A DNA stretch of 64,000 nt from NCBI GenBank assembly GCA_030682655.1, contig JAUXNU010000151.1, positions 22,196 through 86,195 of the forward strand, read 5' to 3'. The DNA is from Actinomycetota bacterium. Its GTDB lineage: Bacteria > Actinomycetota > Coriobacteriia > Anaerosomatales > JAUXNU01. Positions 19,772 through 30,707 of this stretch are shown one piece after another (the first letter of the stretch is position 1; each line of letters starts with the position of its first letter). Both the position numbers and the translations under genes were made by a program. Below the pieces are notes generated by a model. It was given only the letters and a program-made list of their open reading frames with translations, ran no database searches and was not told the origin of the DNA.

Positions 19772-21910
19772 CTAGAACTGACCAGCGCTATTCGTATGAG
19801 TGTGGCATGTGCCACCACGCGAGCAGTCCTTGGGAAAGGTCGCCCAGGTCTTGCCCCCGGAGGTGTGCGTCGCGTTCGCATCCTTGTGACATCCCATGCA
19901 CCAGAAGCGGGTGTCGTAGCCGGAGCCGCCTGTCACCTGGGGCATGTTGACGACCATCAGCCCCGTGCGTCCCGCGATGTCACTCCGGAGATTATGCAGG
20001 TTCACCGCGCCGTGCGCTTCGTGGCAAGAGCTGCACGGCATCTCGGGGTTCGCCCCGTACAATGTCGTGACATCCGGCCACACGTTCTCGTTGATCGTGG
20101 ATCCCTTGCCATGACGCTGCGACGCCCAGTTCGACGTGATGTTCGCCAGGTCGCTTGTCGTGTTCCCGTTGTTGTCCGAATCGCTCCACACGGGTGGATC
20201 GACCCAGGGCGTCGTATCGATGGAACTCGGCAGCGAGTTGTCGTGACACTCGAAGCAGAACGAGTTCTTTGGCAGGTTTGTGATCGCCGCAAACGCGGGT
20301 GCAACCGTGTTCGGGTAGGGGTTCCACGGTGCGGGGTCGTACGGGTTGATGCAGGGCGCTGCCGAGGACGCGGCATGGGAGTTGTGGCAGTTCTCGCAGT
20401 ACACCGCGCCGGCGCCTGGTTGGATCTGGTCGCGCCGGAGGATGTCGTGGTGAGCGTCGAGCCTGCTCGATGCAGTCATGCGCGCGTAGATGTCCGGTGA
20501 GCCAAGGCTCGCGCCCTCCGGCGCATTCGAGTGACACGGGAGGCACACGCGGTACCCCGAGTACATGAGAAGATCCTCGTTGGGCGAGCTGTGCGGCAGG
20601 TGGCACGTCCGGCACTTGATGCCGGTCCCGGACGGCGGATCGGCGATGCCCGGACCATTGTGCGACGAATTGCGGAACGCCGTCATGTCCCTCGTGCGTT
20701 CGGTGTAGGTCGAGTCGTCCGGGGTGGAGGGATTGTGGCAGACGAGACAGTACTCGATCGAGTCGACTTCGCCGTAGGCCGACAGGAGCTTGTATGACCC
20801 CGATACCGACGGGTCGCCGTGCGGGTTGTGACAGTCGGTGCAGGTGAGATCGCCGCCTATCCACCCACCAAAATCAACGGGATGCCTCGAATTGACGGAC
20901 GCGTTCACGAAGTCCGAGCAGATGTCGTATCTCGATCCCGTTCCGTCGTGGCAACTGGTGCAGAACTCCTGTTCGCTCCCAGCCTCGATGTTCAGCAGAT
21001 ACGTAGGGGATGGTGCGACATGCGGGTCGTGGCATTGCAGGCACGAGTCTCCTGTCGGCGATGCCCCTGAGTGCGGGGGGTCAAAGACGGTGTTCGCCAT
21101 CGGCTGAATGTGAATCTCGAAGCTCTTCGCTCCGACAGTGCCGTCGCTTGCCACCGCGGCGACGCGATACCAGTAGTGGCGCTCGACCTCGAGACCTGAC
21201 ACTGTGTCGTCAAACGTGGTGGTGGTGCCGTTCGCGGTCGAGCCGATGTAGGTCCCGTCACTGCCACTCTCCGTCAAACGCCACACGTCATAGCGCAGTA
21301 CGTTCGGTCCTGTCACCGCCAGCCAGCTCAACGTCACTTTCTGCACTGTTGAGCCCGAGACCGTGCTGGTGACCTCGAGTCCACGCGGTTCGATGGGCGG
21401 GCCGGTCGTGGGAGACATGAGTGCCTCAGCGGTCACGCCTGTAGGTGTTCCGGTCATGTACTGCGGTGTCAGGTTCAACCCGCCTGCGTCTTCTGCAGCG
21501 ATCCGGTACCAGTAGCGGGTCTTGTACCACAGAGGCACGGCAACCGTGCCCTTGTCGATGTACGAAATCGTGTACCGACCAGTCGAGACACCAATCTCAG
21601 AGTAGGGACCTACCGCGGCAGTCGCGCGATAGATGTGGTACTTGACCTGTGCTTCCGTGCCGGTGAAGGTCGCCAGTGGTTCCCAGTTGATCATGACCTC
21701 GTTCGTATTGGGCGCCGATGCGTACGCAAAGCGGGGGTTGGCGGGGGGCGCTGCCGTAGCGGTCGAGGGTGACCATGCCACGGCAGCAAACGCGAGCGCA
21801 GCGCAAACAAGAGTCAGGGGCGCAATGCGAGCGTGCCCCTCCCGACTCCCATAAAGACGCTCATGAAGCGCTTTGCGTCCCAGTTCAACCACCGTTTTCG
21901 CGCACACCAC
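19772..21910 (-). CDS. Secreted multiheme c-type cytochrome with two N-terminal FN3-like domains
   Basis: Signal-like segment; FN3-like 'YRIAAED' and 'YRVAAVA'; 10 CxxCH motifs plus a CX5CH near the C-terminus; start uncertain. Confidence 0.9.
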   Translation of the reverse strand: MVCAKTVVELGRKALHERLYGSREGHARIAPLTLVCAALAFAAVAWSPSTATAAPPANPRFAYASAPNTNEVMINWEPLATFTGTEAQVKYHIYRATAAVGPYSEIGVSTGRYTISYIDKGTVAVPLWYKTRYWYRIAAEDAGGLNLTPQYMTGTPTGVTAEALMSPTTGPPIEPRGLEVTSTVSGSTVQKVTLSWLAVTGPNVLRYDVWRLTESGSDGTYIGSTANGTTTTFDDTVSGLEVERHYWYRVAAVASDGTVGAKSFEIHIQPMANTVFDPPHSGASPTGDSCLQCHDPHVAPSPTYLLNIEAGSEQEFCTSCHDGTGSRYDICSDFVNASVNSRHPVDFGGWIGGDLTCTDCHNPHGDPSVSGSYKLLSAYGEVDSIEYCLVCHNPSTPDDSTYTERTRDMTAFRNSSHNGPGIADPPSGTGIKCRTCHLPHSSPNEDLLMYSGYRVCLPCHSNAPEGASLGSPDIYARMTASSRLDAHHDILRRDQIQPGAGAVYCENCHNSHAASSAAPCINPYDPAPWNPYPNTVAPAFAAITNLPKNSFCFECHDNSLPSSIDTTPWVDPPVWSDSDNNGNTTSDLANITSNWASQRHGKGSTINENVWPDVTTLYGANPEMPCSSCHEAHGAVNLHNLRSDIAGRTGLMVVNMPQVTGGSGYDTRFWCMGCHKDANATHTSGGKTWATFPKDCSRGGTCHTHTNSAGQF

Positions 21911-22057
21911 ATAGGAGACGGATTCGCCCCCTTCTAATGAACGATAATGGTTGCCGCAGATGCGAAGTGGTTAGCGACCTCAGGGAATGACAGGATGCGC
22001 CCTGTCGAGGACGAACAAGGGGTTGCCGATGACGATCGCGACTCGCCAGGACCGCGG

Positions 22058-22993
22058 TCAGGTCACCGTGACAATCTCCCGCGCGGCGGCTGCGATGTCG
22101 TCTGCGGTCAGCCGAAAGTGCGCCATGAGGGCTACGGGGTCGCCGGAGGTCCCGAACACGTCTCTGACACCGATGCGGCGCAACGGAACCGGAGCGGACT
22201 CACCGAGCAGCTCCGCGACCGCCGAACCCAAGCCGCCGATGATCGAATGCTCCTCGCACGTGACGACGGCGCCTGTCCTACGTGCCGAGGACAGCAGCGT
22301 CTCCATATCGAGAGGCTTGATGGTTGCGACGTCGATCACCTCCGCCGAGACGCCCGCAGTCTCCAGAGTGTCCGCCGCGAGCAGCGCCTGCTCGACCATC
22401 ACTCCGCATGCTGCAAGGGTCACGTCGCTACCCTCCCGCAGCACGTACGCCTTGCCGAGTTCGAAGTTGAAGTCCTCGGCGTAGATTTCCGATACGCCCG
22501 CACGCCCAAGGCGGATGTAGAAGGGCCCTGGGGTGGTCGCCGCGACGCGAATCGCAGCACGAGCCGCGTTGAAGTCGGCCGGCACGAGCACGCGCATTCC
22601 GGGCAGCACGCGCATGAGCGCGAGGTCCTCGAGCATCTGGTGCGACCCGCCGTCGGGGCCAACGGTCACCCCCGCGTGGGTCGGCGCAAGCTTCACGTCA
22701 AGTCCGGAGTAGCACACGGTATTGCGAACCTGGTCGTACGCACGGCCAGTCGCAAACACCGCGAAGGAGCCGGTGAACGCGACCTTGCCGGCAACGGCGA
22801 GCCCGGCCGCCGTGCCGATCATGTTCTGCTCGGCGACTCCGACGTTGAAGAACCGGTCGGGATAGGCCGCCGCAAACACAGCCGTCGTCGTGGACTTAGA
22901 AAGGTCGGCTTCAACGGCGACGACATCCACGCCCTCCTTGGCCAGCTCGACGAGCGTCTTACCGAATGCCTCTCTGGTGGCCCGCTTAGACAT
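22058..22993 (-). CDS. Transketolase, C-terminal subunit
   Basis: 'RFFNVGVAEQNM', 'GPDGGSHQ', 'EEHSIIGGLG'. Confidence 0.95.
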   Translation of the reverse strand: MSKRATREAFGKTLVELAKEGVDVVAVEADLSKSTTTAVFAAAYPDRFFNVGVAEQNMIGTAAGLAVAGKVAFTGSFAVFATGRAYDQVRNTVCYSGLDVKLAPTHAGVTVGPDGGSHQMLEDLALMRVLPGMRVLVPADFNAARAAIRVAATTPGPFYIRLGRAGVSEIYAEDFNFELGKAYVLREGSDVTLAACGVMVEQALLAADTLETAGVSAEVIDVATIKPLDMETLLSSARRTGAVVTCEEHSIIGGLGSAVAELLGESAPVPLRRIGVRDVFGTSGDPVALMAHFRLTADDIAAAAREIVTVT

Positions 22994-23840
22994 CGGCTGC
23001 ATCCTCCTTGGCGAGCACGCACGCGAGTTCGTCGAGCGCGCAGCGGGTCTGGTCCTCGTTCGTACACTTGCCGTGCCAGTCCGCGTTGTTCTCCATGAAC
23101 GAAACGCCCCGGCCCTTGACGGTCCGCGCGACGATCGCCGACGGCACTCCCGACGTGGCCGCGGCCCCGGCGAAGGCGGCCAGCAGCGCCTCTACGTCAT
23201 GCCCATCGCAGCCGATGACGTTCCAGCCGAACGCGCCGAGTTTGGCTTCGATATCGCCGAGCGACATGACGTCCTCGCAGGCGCCGTCGATCTGAAGCCC
23301 GTTGTGGTCCACGATGGCCATGACGCTGTCCAGGCGGTAGTGCGCAGCGAGCATCGCTGCCTCCCAGACCTGCCCTTCCTGCATCTCACCGTCGCCGATG
23401 AGACAGTACACGCAAGCGGGGTTGCCGTTCGCGCGCAACCCAAGGGCGAGGCCGTTGGCGATGGACAGCCCCTGACCGAGCGAGCCGGTCGAAACCTCGA
23501 CGCCTGGCGTCTTCTTGCTGTCGGGGTGACCCTGCAAGATCGAACCGAGCTGGCGCAAGGTCGCCAGATGGTCGCGGCCGAAATAGCCCGCCTCGGCGAG
23601 AGCGGCGTAGAGCACCGGGGCGGCGTGACCCTTCGAGAGCACGAACCGGTCGCGCTCGGTCCAATCCGGTCGTGCGGAGTCATGACGCATCACACCGAAG
23701 TACAGAGTCGCGACGATGTCGGCTGCGGACAGAGAGCCGCCGGGATGCCCGGAACCCGCCTGCGCGAGCATCTCGACTATGTCGCGGCGCATGCGGGCCG
23801 CCATGCCCTCGATCTCACTGACATCGGGCACTTCGGCCAT
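22986..23840 (-). CDS. Transketolase, N-terminal subunit
   Basis: 'SGHPGGSLS', 'DRFVLSKGHAAP', TPP motif 'GDGEMQEGQVWEA'. Confidence 0.95.
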   Translation of the reverse strand: MAEVPDVSEIEGMAARMRRDIVEMLAQAGSGHPGGSLSAADIVATLYFGVMRHDSARPDWTERDRFVLSKGHAAPVLYAALAEAGYFGRDHLATLRQLGSILQGHPDSKKTPGVEVSTGSLGQGLSIANGLALGLRANGNPACVYCLIGDGEMQEGQVWEAAMLAAHYRLDSVMAIVDHNGLQIDGACEDVMSLGDIEAKLGAFGWNVIGCDGHDVEALLAAFAGAAATSGVPSAIVARTVKGRGVSFMENNADWHGKCTNEDQTRCALDELACVLAKEDAADV

Positions 23841-23843
23841 GTG

Positions 23844-24746
23844 TCACACTCCCATCTCTTTGAAACCCTCGCCGATCGCTTCGTGAACGTCTGAGATTAT
23901 CAGAAGTGCCGTCGGGTCGACCGCATGCACGATCGCCTTCAGCCCGTCGATCTCCGTGCGCGACACCACCGTGAAGATCATCTCGCGCGGCTGATTCGAG
24001 TAGACTCCGCGCGCCGAGATGGCTGTGGCTCCTCGGCCAAGGTCGTTGTTGATCGCTTCAGCGATGCGATCGGAATGCTCCGAGATGATGAACGCTGCCT
24101 TCTCGACACGCAGGCCCTCGAGCACGAGATCGATCGCGTTGCTCATCACGAAGATCGCTACCGCGCCGTAGAGCGCGAGCTCCGGACCGAACACGATCGC
24201 GGCTACCACTGTCACGCCCGCATCGACGAGCAGCATGAGCTGGCCGACGCCGAGCGGCACCTTCGACGACAGAAGCTGCGCGATGATGTCGGTCCCGCCT
24301 GTGTTGCCGCCTGACTTGAACACCATCCCCATGCCGACACCGGCAAGCGCACCGCCGTAGAGGGCCGCCAGCAGGTTGTCTCCGGCGGCGAGGTGTGGCG
24401 TGAAGGGCGCGAGGACATCGATGGCCACCGAAAGCGCCACCATGCCGTAGATCGTCTTGGCAGCGTAGCGCCACCCGCGCGCGCGTATGGCGACCGCGAG
24501 CAGGACGAGGTTCATCGCGAGCATCTGAATGCCGACGGGAAGGTTCAGCCCCTGCGCTTTGGCGAGGTGGTAGAACACCGTGGCGAGTCCGGAGACACCG
24601 CCGGCGGCGAGACGGTTCGGGATGAGAAACGCGTTGAGGCCCCATGCGGTGATCAGGATGCCGAGAGTCATCCACGCGTAGTCTCGGACCGGGCGGTGCT
24701 TGAGCACGAGGCCCGGACGCAGTCGCTTAAGGATTGGTACCATCAC
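23844..24746 (-). CDS. YitT-family membrane protein (DUF2179)
   Basis: 'LAAGGVSGLA', 'GGNTGGTDII', C-terminal 'DPTALLIISDVHEAIGEGF'. Confidence 0.93.
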   Translation of the reverse strand: MMVPILKRLRPGLVLKHRPVRDYAWMTLGILITAWGLNAFLIPNRLAAGGVSGLATVFYHLAKAQGLNLPVGIQMLAMNLVLLAVAIRARGWRYAAKTIYGMVALSVAIDVLAPFTPHLAAGDNLLAALYGGALAGVGMGMVFKSGGNTGGTDIIAQLLSSKVPLGVGQLMLLVDAGVTVVAAIVFGPELALYGAVAIFVMSNAIDLVLEGLRVEKAAFIISEHSDRIAEAINNDLGRGATAISARGVYSNQPREMIFTVVSRTEIDGLKAIVHAVDPTALLIISDVHEAIGEGFKEMGV

Positions 24747-25530
24747 TCACCCCCCGGTTCTCGACCGCACTCGTCCAGACGCCGCCAGCGTCCAGGTACG
24801 GCCTCGTTCGACGCGCATTCAGATGGCCAAGGACGGTAGCCGCATCGCGGTTGACGATCCGGTCCTCGGTCAGGCCAAGCTCCTCGGCAACGCGGATCGC
24901 AGCGTCGAAGCGGCCGACGTGAAGGTGATAGTGAGCGTCCGAGTTGATGGCGATCGGGACGCCCGCATCACGCGCGGCAGCAGCGAATTCGCGCTCGCGA
25001 TCGGCCGAACCGTTGCGCGCGCCCATGCTGTCGAAGCTGTGGTCGTTGAGCTCGATGATGACTCTGTGGCGGGCCGCCATGGCAACAACCGCCTCAAGAT
25101 CGAGCGGGAACTCCTGCTCGTTGCCCGGGTGCGTGATCATGTCGACGAGCGGGTGCGCTAGCACGCGCAACAGGGCCTCGGTGTTCCTACCGCGGTCCCG
25201 ATCGTCGAAGCCGGTGAGCGGGTGGAAGCCGACCGCGACGAAATCGAGTGCTTCGAGCACGATGTCGGGGATGTCGATGCCGTTGTCGCTGTCGGGCGAG
25301 GGATTGGCCTCGCATCCCTTGAGTATGCGAACGCCGTCGAGCACGCTCGGAATGACCTTCAGGTTCCAGAAATGCCAAGGATGAGCACCCTGCGGTACCG
25401 ATGGCCCGTGATCTGTGACGGCTATGAGTTCGAGGCCGCGTGCCCGCGCCGCCGACGCAAGCTCGGTGACCGTCGAGTACGCGTGCCCCGACGCAACAGT
25501 GTGGGTGTGCAAGTCTGCGCGCAGAAGCAT
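24727..25530 (-). CDS. PHP-domain phosphatase (YcdX-like)
   Basis: 'DLHTHT..SGHAYST', 'VTDHGP', 'NSDAH'. Confidence 0.92.
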   Translation of the reverse strand: MLLRADLHTHTVASGHAYSTVTELASAARARGLELIAVTDHGPSVPQGAHPWHFWNLKVIPSVLDGVRILKGCEANPSPDSDNGIDIPDIVLEALDFVAVGFHPLTGFDDRDRGRNTEALLRVLAHPLVDMITHPGNEQEFPLDLEAVVAMAARHRVIIELNDHSFDSMGARNGSADREREFAAAARDAGVPIAINSDAHYHLHVGRFDAAIRVAEELGLTEDRIVNRDAATVLGHLNARRTRPYLDAGGVWTSAVENRGVSDGTNP

Positions 25531-26676
25531 CTAACTCTCGTTCCCAACCGACGCCGCCTGCTCCCGCCCGACGCGCCACCGGTGATACCCAACGATGAAG
25601 TCGTCGAGATCGCCGTCCTCAAGCACCGCGCTGATGTTTCCAGTCTCAACACTCGTGCGGTGGTCCTTGACCATCTGGTACGGATAGAGGACGTAGCTCC
25701 TTATCTGGCTGCCGAAGGCGATGTCCTGTTTTTCTCCCCGCAGCTCGTCGAGCTCGGCCTCTCGCTTCGCCTTCTCGTGATCGTAAAGCCGCGCCTTGAG
25801 GATCTTCATCGCGGTATCGCGGTTCTTGATCTGGCTCTTCTCGTTCTGGCAGGTCACGACGATGCTCGTGGGGACATGCGTGATCCGGACCGCGGAGTCG
25901 GTCGTGTTGACAGACTGACCACCGGGACCGCTCGATCGGTAGACATCGATGCGTAAATCTTCTTCCTTCATGTCGACCACGATCTCGTCCGGGAGCACGG
26001 GCAAGACATCGACCTTGGCAAACGTCGTGTGCCGACGCTTCTTCTCATCGGTGGGGCTGATGCGAACGAGCCGGTGTACGCCCATCTCGGACAGCAGCAT
26101 GCCGTAGGCGTTCCGTCCGTGCACCGTGAAGAGAGCACGCTCGATGCCGATCTCGACACCCTGGGGTGCATCGTGGAGGTCGACCTTCCACTTCTTCGAC
26201 TCCGCGTACTTGAACAGCATCTTCATGAGCATCTCGGCCCAGTCCTGAGCCTCGAGTCCGCCCGCGCCCGGAATGACGGTTACGATGGCGTCGCCAGCGT
26301 CGAACTCACCGGCGAACCAGGACGCAAGTTCCAGCGTGTCCACGCGTTTGCGCAGTCCGGAGAAGGTGGCCTCGACCTCGGCAGCCATGTCATCGTCGCC
26401 CTCCAGCGCAAGCTCGTTGGCGACCTCGATGTCCGCGAGCGCCGAGCAGATCTCGTCGTACGCCTTGACGTCCTCGCGCACGGCCGAGAGCTGCGACATG
26501 AGCGCCTGCGCGGCCTGGGCATCATCCCAGAAGCCGGGCACAGCGGCTTGCTCCTCGAGACGCGCGATCTCGGGGCGCTTCTCCTCGACGCGAAGATACT
26601 CCTCCATGGCGACCACGCGCTCGCGCAGTGCCGAGATGTCTACTGTTCGGTCTTGGATCACGTTTTCCCTGCTCAT
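25531..26676 (-). CDS. prfB: Peptide chain release factor 2 (no frameshift)
   Basis: SPT recognition motif 'VRISPTD', 'GPGGQSVN', continuous reading frame. Confidence 0.97.
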   Translation of the reverse strand: MSRENVIQDRTVDISALRERVVAMEEYLRVEEKRPEIARLEEQAAVPGFWDDAQAAQALMSQLSAVREDVKAYDEICSALADIEVANELALEGDDDMAAEVEATFSGLRKRVDTLELASWFAGEFDAGDAIVTVIPGAGGLEAQDWAEMLMKMLFKYAESKKWKVDLHDAPQGVEIGIERALFTVHGRNAYGMLLSEMGVHRLVRISPTDEKKRRHTTFAKVDVLPVLPDEIVVDMKEEDLRIDVYRSSGPGGQSVNTTDSAVRITHVPTSIVVTCQNEKSQIKNRDTAMKILKARLYDHEKAKREAELDELRGEKQDIAFGSQIRSYVLYPYQMVKDHRTSVETGNISAVLEDGDLDDFIVGYHRWRVGREQAASVGNES

Positions 26677-26812
26677 AGTGGTTGTACTGGTTCGCACTGA
26701 AGGGGTGTGGAGCATACGGATTGTAGCACGCACGGCATCGGTCTTCGGTACGTGGAAGACTGAAATCTATCGCACGTGCGCGCACCAGGCACGAAATCTG
26801 CGTAGCAGCCTC

Positions 26813-27217
26813 TCACCTGCCGAGGAGCCGCACTCTCTCCACCGCTCCATGCGCCCGCCGGTCGGCACTCACGAGGACAGCACCCACGCGCGTAGCGAGC
26901 GCGGGAGCCGCCGCGTCGTAGAAGGTGCAGCCGAGTACCTCGGCCATGTCGAGCGTCTCGCGAACGAGTCGGGAGTCGAGCCCGACAACCGTGATCTCGT
27001 CGTGCTCGAGGCGTTCCCACAGGCCGCAAGCGCGAGCGACGCCGTAGAGACGGCGTGTCACGTCGAGCACTTCGTGGACGAAGATGACCGGGACGACCAC
27101 ACACACGACGCCCTCGGCGTGCTGCGCGAGAAGCTCTCGCGCCTCGTCAGAACCCGGCTCCCGCCGCAGCCACTTCACGCCGACGGACGCGTCTAGGACG
27201 AGTACCTCGGGGCTCAC
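26813..27217 (-). CDS. vapC: PIN-domain toxin
   Basis: 'VLDASVGVKW', 'E', 'FYDA', 'LVSADRR' acidic PIN residues. Confidence 0.88.
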   Translation of the reverse strand: MSPEVLVLDASVGVKWLRREPGSDEARELLAQHAEGVVCVVVPVIFVHEVLDVTRRLYGVARACGLWERLEHDEITVVGLDSRLVRETLDMAEVLGCTFYDAAAPALATRVGAVLVSADRRAHGAVERVRLLGR

Positions 27218-27525
27218 GCGCGGCCACCCTCACCGCTGGTGTCGCCGCCCGGTGCACCATCGAGCGGTCCGCGGATCTCGCGCAGGATCTCCCCCACGGC
27301 GCGCTCATCGTGCACGGGGAGCTCTGCTAACTCGTCAAGGAACGCGAGTGTGTCGTTGACGGCGTGCTGGCGGCGTGTCTTGGCGGCTTCAGCCTGAGCA
27401 CCGGCGACCCACGAGGCCGACGCTTCGCGAATGACGCTCGAGCGCGAGCAGCCGGAGGCCTCAGCGAGTGTGTCAATCTCGGCGACAAGGTCATCGGGCA
27501 GGGTGATGGTGACTCGTTCTGTCAT
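27214..27525 (-). CDS. Ribbon-helix-helix (CopG-like) antitoxin
   Basis: 'RVTITLPDDLVAEID..A...SRSSVIREA'; GTGA overlap with the PIN gene. Confidence 0.85.
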   Translation of the reverse strand: MTERVTITLPDDLVAEIDTLAEASGCSRSSVIREASASWVAGAQAEAAKTRRQHAVNDTLAFLDELAELPVHDERAVGEILREIRGPLDGAPGGDTSGEGGRA

Positions 27526-27588
27526 GCAGGTAGCATACCATGGATGCATACCGATGAGTATGCATCTCCGGCACGGTGTTCAGTGCCG

Positions 27589-30348
<2,760 letters not shown>

Positions 30349-30401
30349 ATGTATGCGCACCTTCTATACACGGGTGATCGGCGGGGTGAGAAGCACAAGA
30401 G

Positions 30402-30410
30402 ATTCTAGCA
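30402..30410 (-). promoter_or_regulatory. Extended -10 promoter (TGCTAGAAT) of secA
   Basis: TGnTAnnnT about 54 nt upstream of the ATG; the same motif class precedes the BTAD gene and the raiA RNA. Confidence 0.6.
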
Positions 30411-30448
30411 CAGGGTGTGGCCCGACTCGCGTTTCGAGAGCGCACGAA

Positions 30449-30483
30449 GATGCAGGCGGATCGCGCCGCGATCCGCCTGCATC
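30449..30483. repeat. Perfect 16-bp palindromic hairpin
   Basis: GATGCAGGCGGATCGC-GCC-GCGATCCGCCTGCATC, between the BTAD gene stop and the secA promoter. Confidence 0.85.
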
Positions 30484-30707
30484 CGGCGGTTCCAAGCAGC
30501 CCCTCGGGTCGCACGGGTGGGCCTTGTGGCCGAATGCACGGTGCCCCTCAGGAGTCTCCCTCTCCTCACCTGCTGGCCAAACCACACGCCGCGCCGATGT
30601 CCCTCACGGGGAACCCGGCGAACCGCTCTGACCGCCGTCGCCGAACCGCATGCCCGTCCGACACAGCCAACGTAGCAAGTGAGTCTATCCAGACTCTTTA
30701 CGTTCTC

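Noticed and set aside
22058-23840. Split transketolase as a broken gene
   Set aside because: Two-subunit transketolases are common. Both halves are intact, each with its own start, and are translationally coupled.
30364-30700. Small ORFs or a riboswitch between the BTAD gene and secA
   Set aside because: The ORFs lack an RBS and coding-like composition. Apart from the hairpin and promoter, no known RNA motif was recognised.
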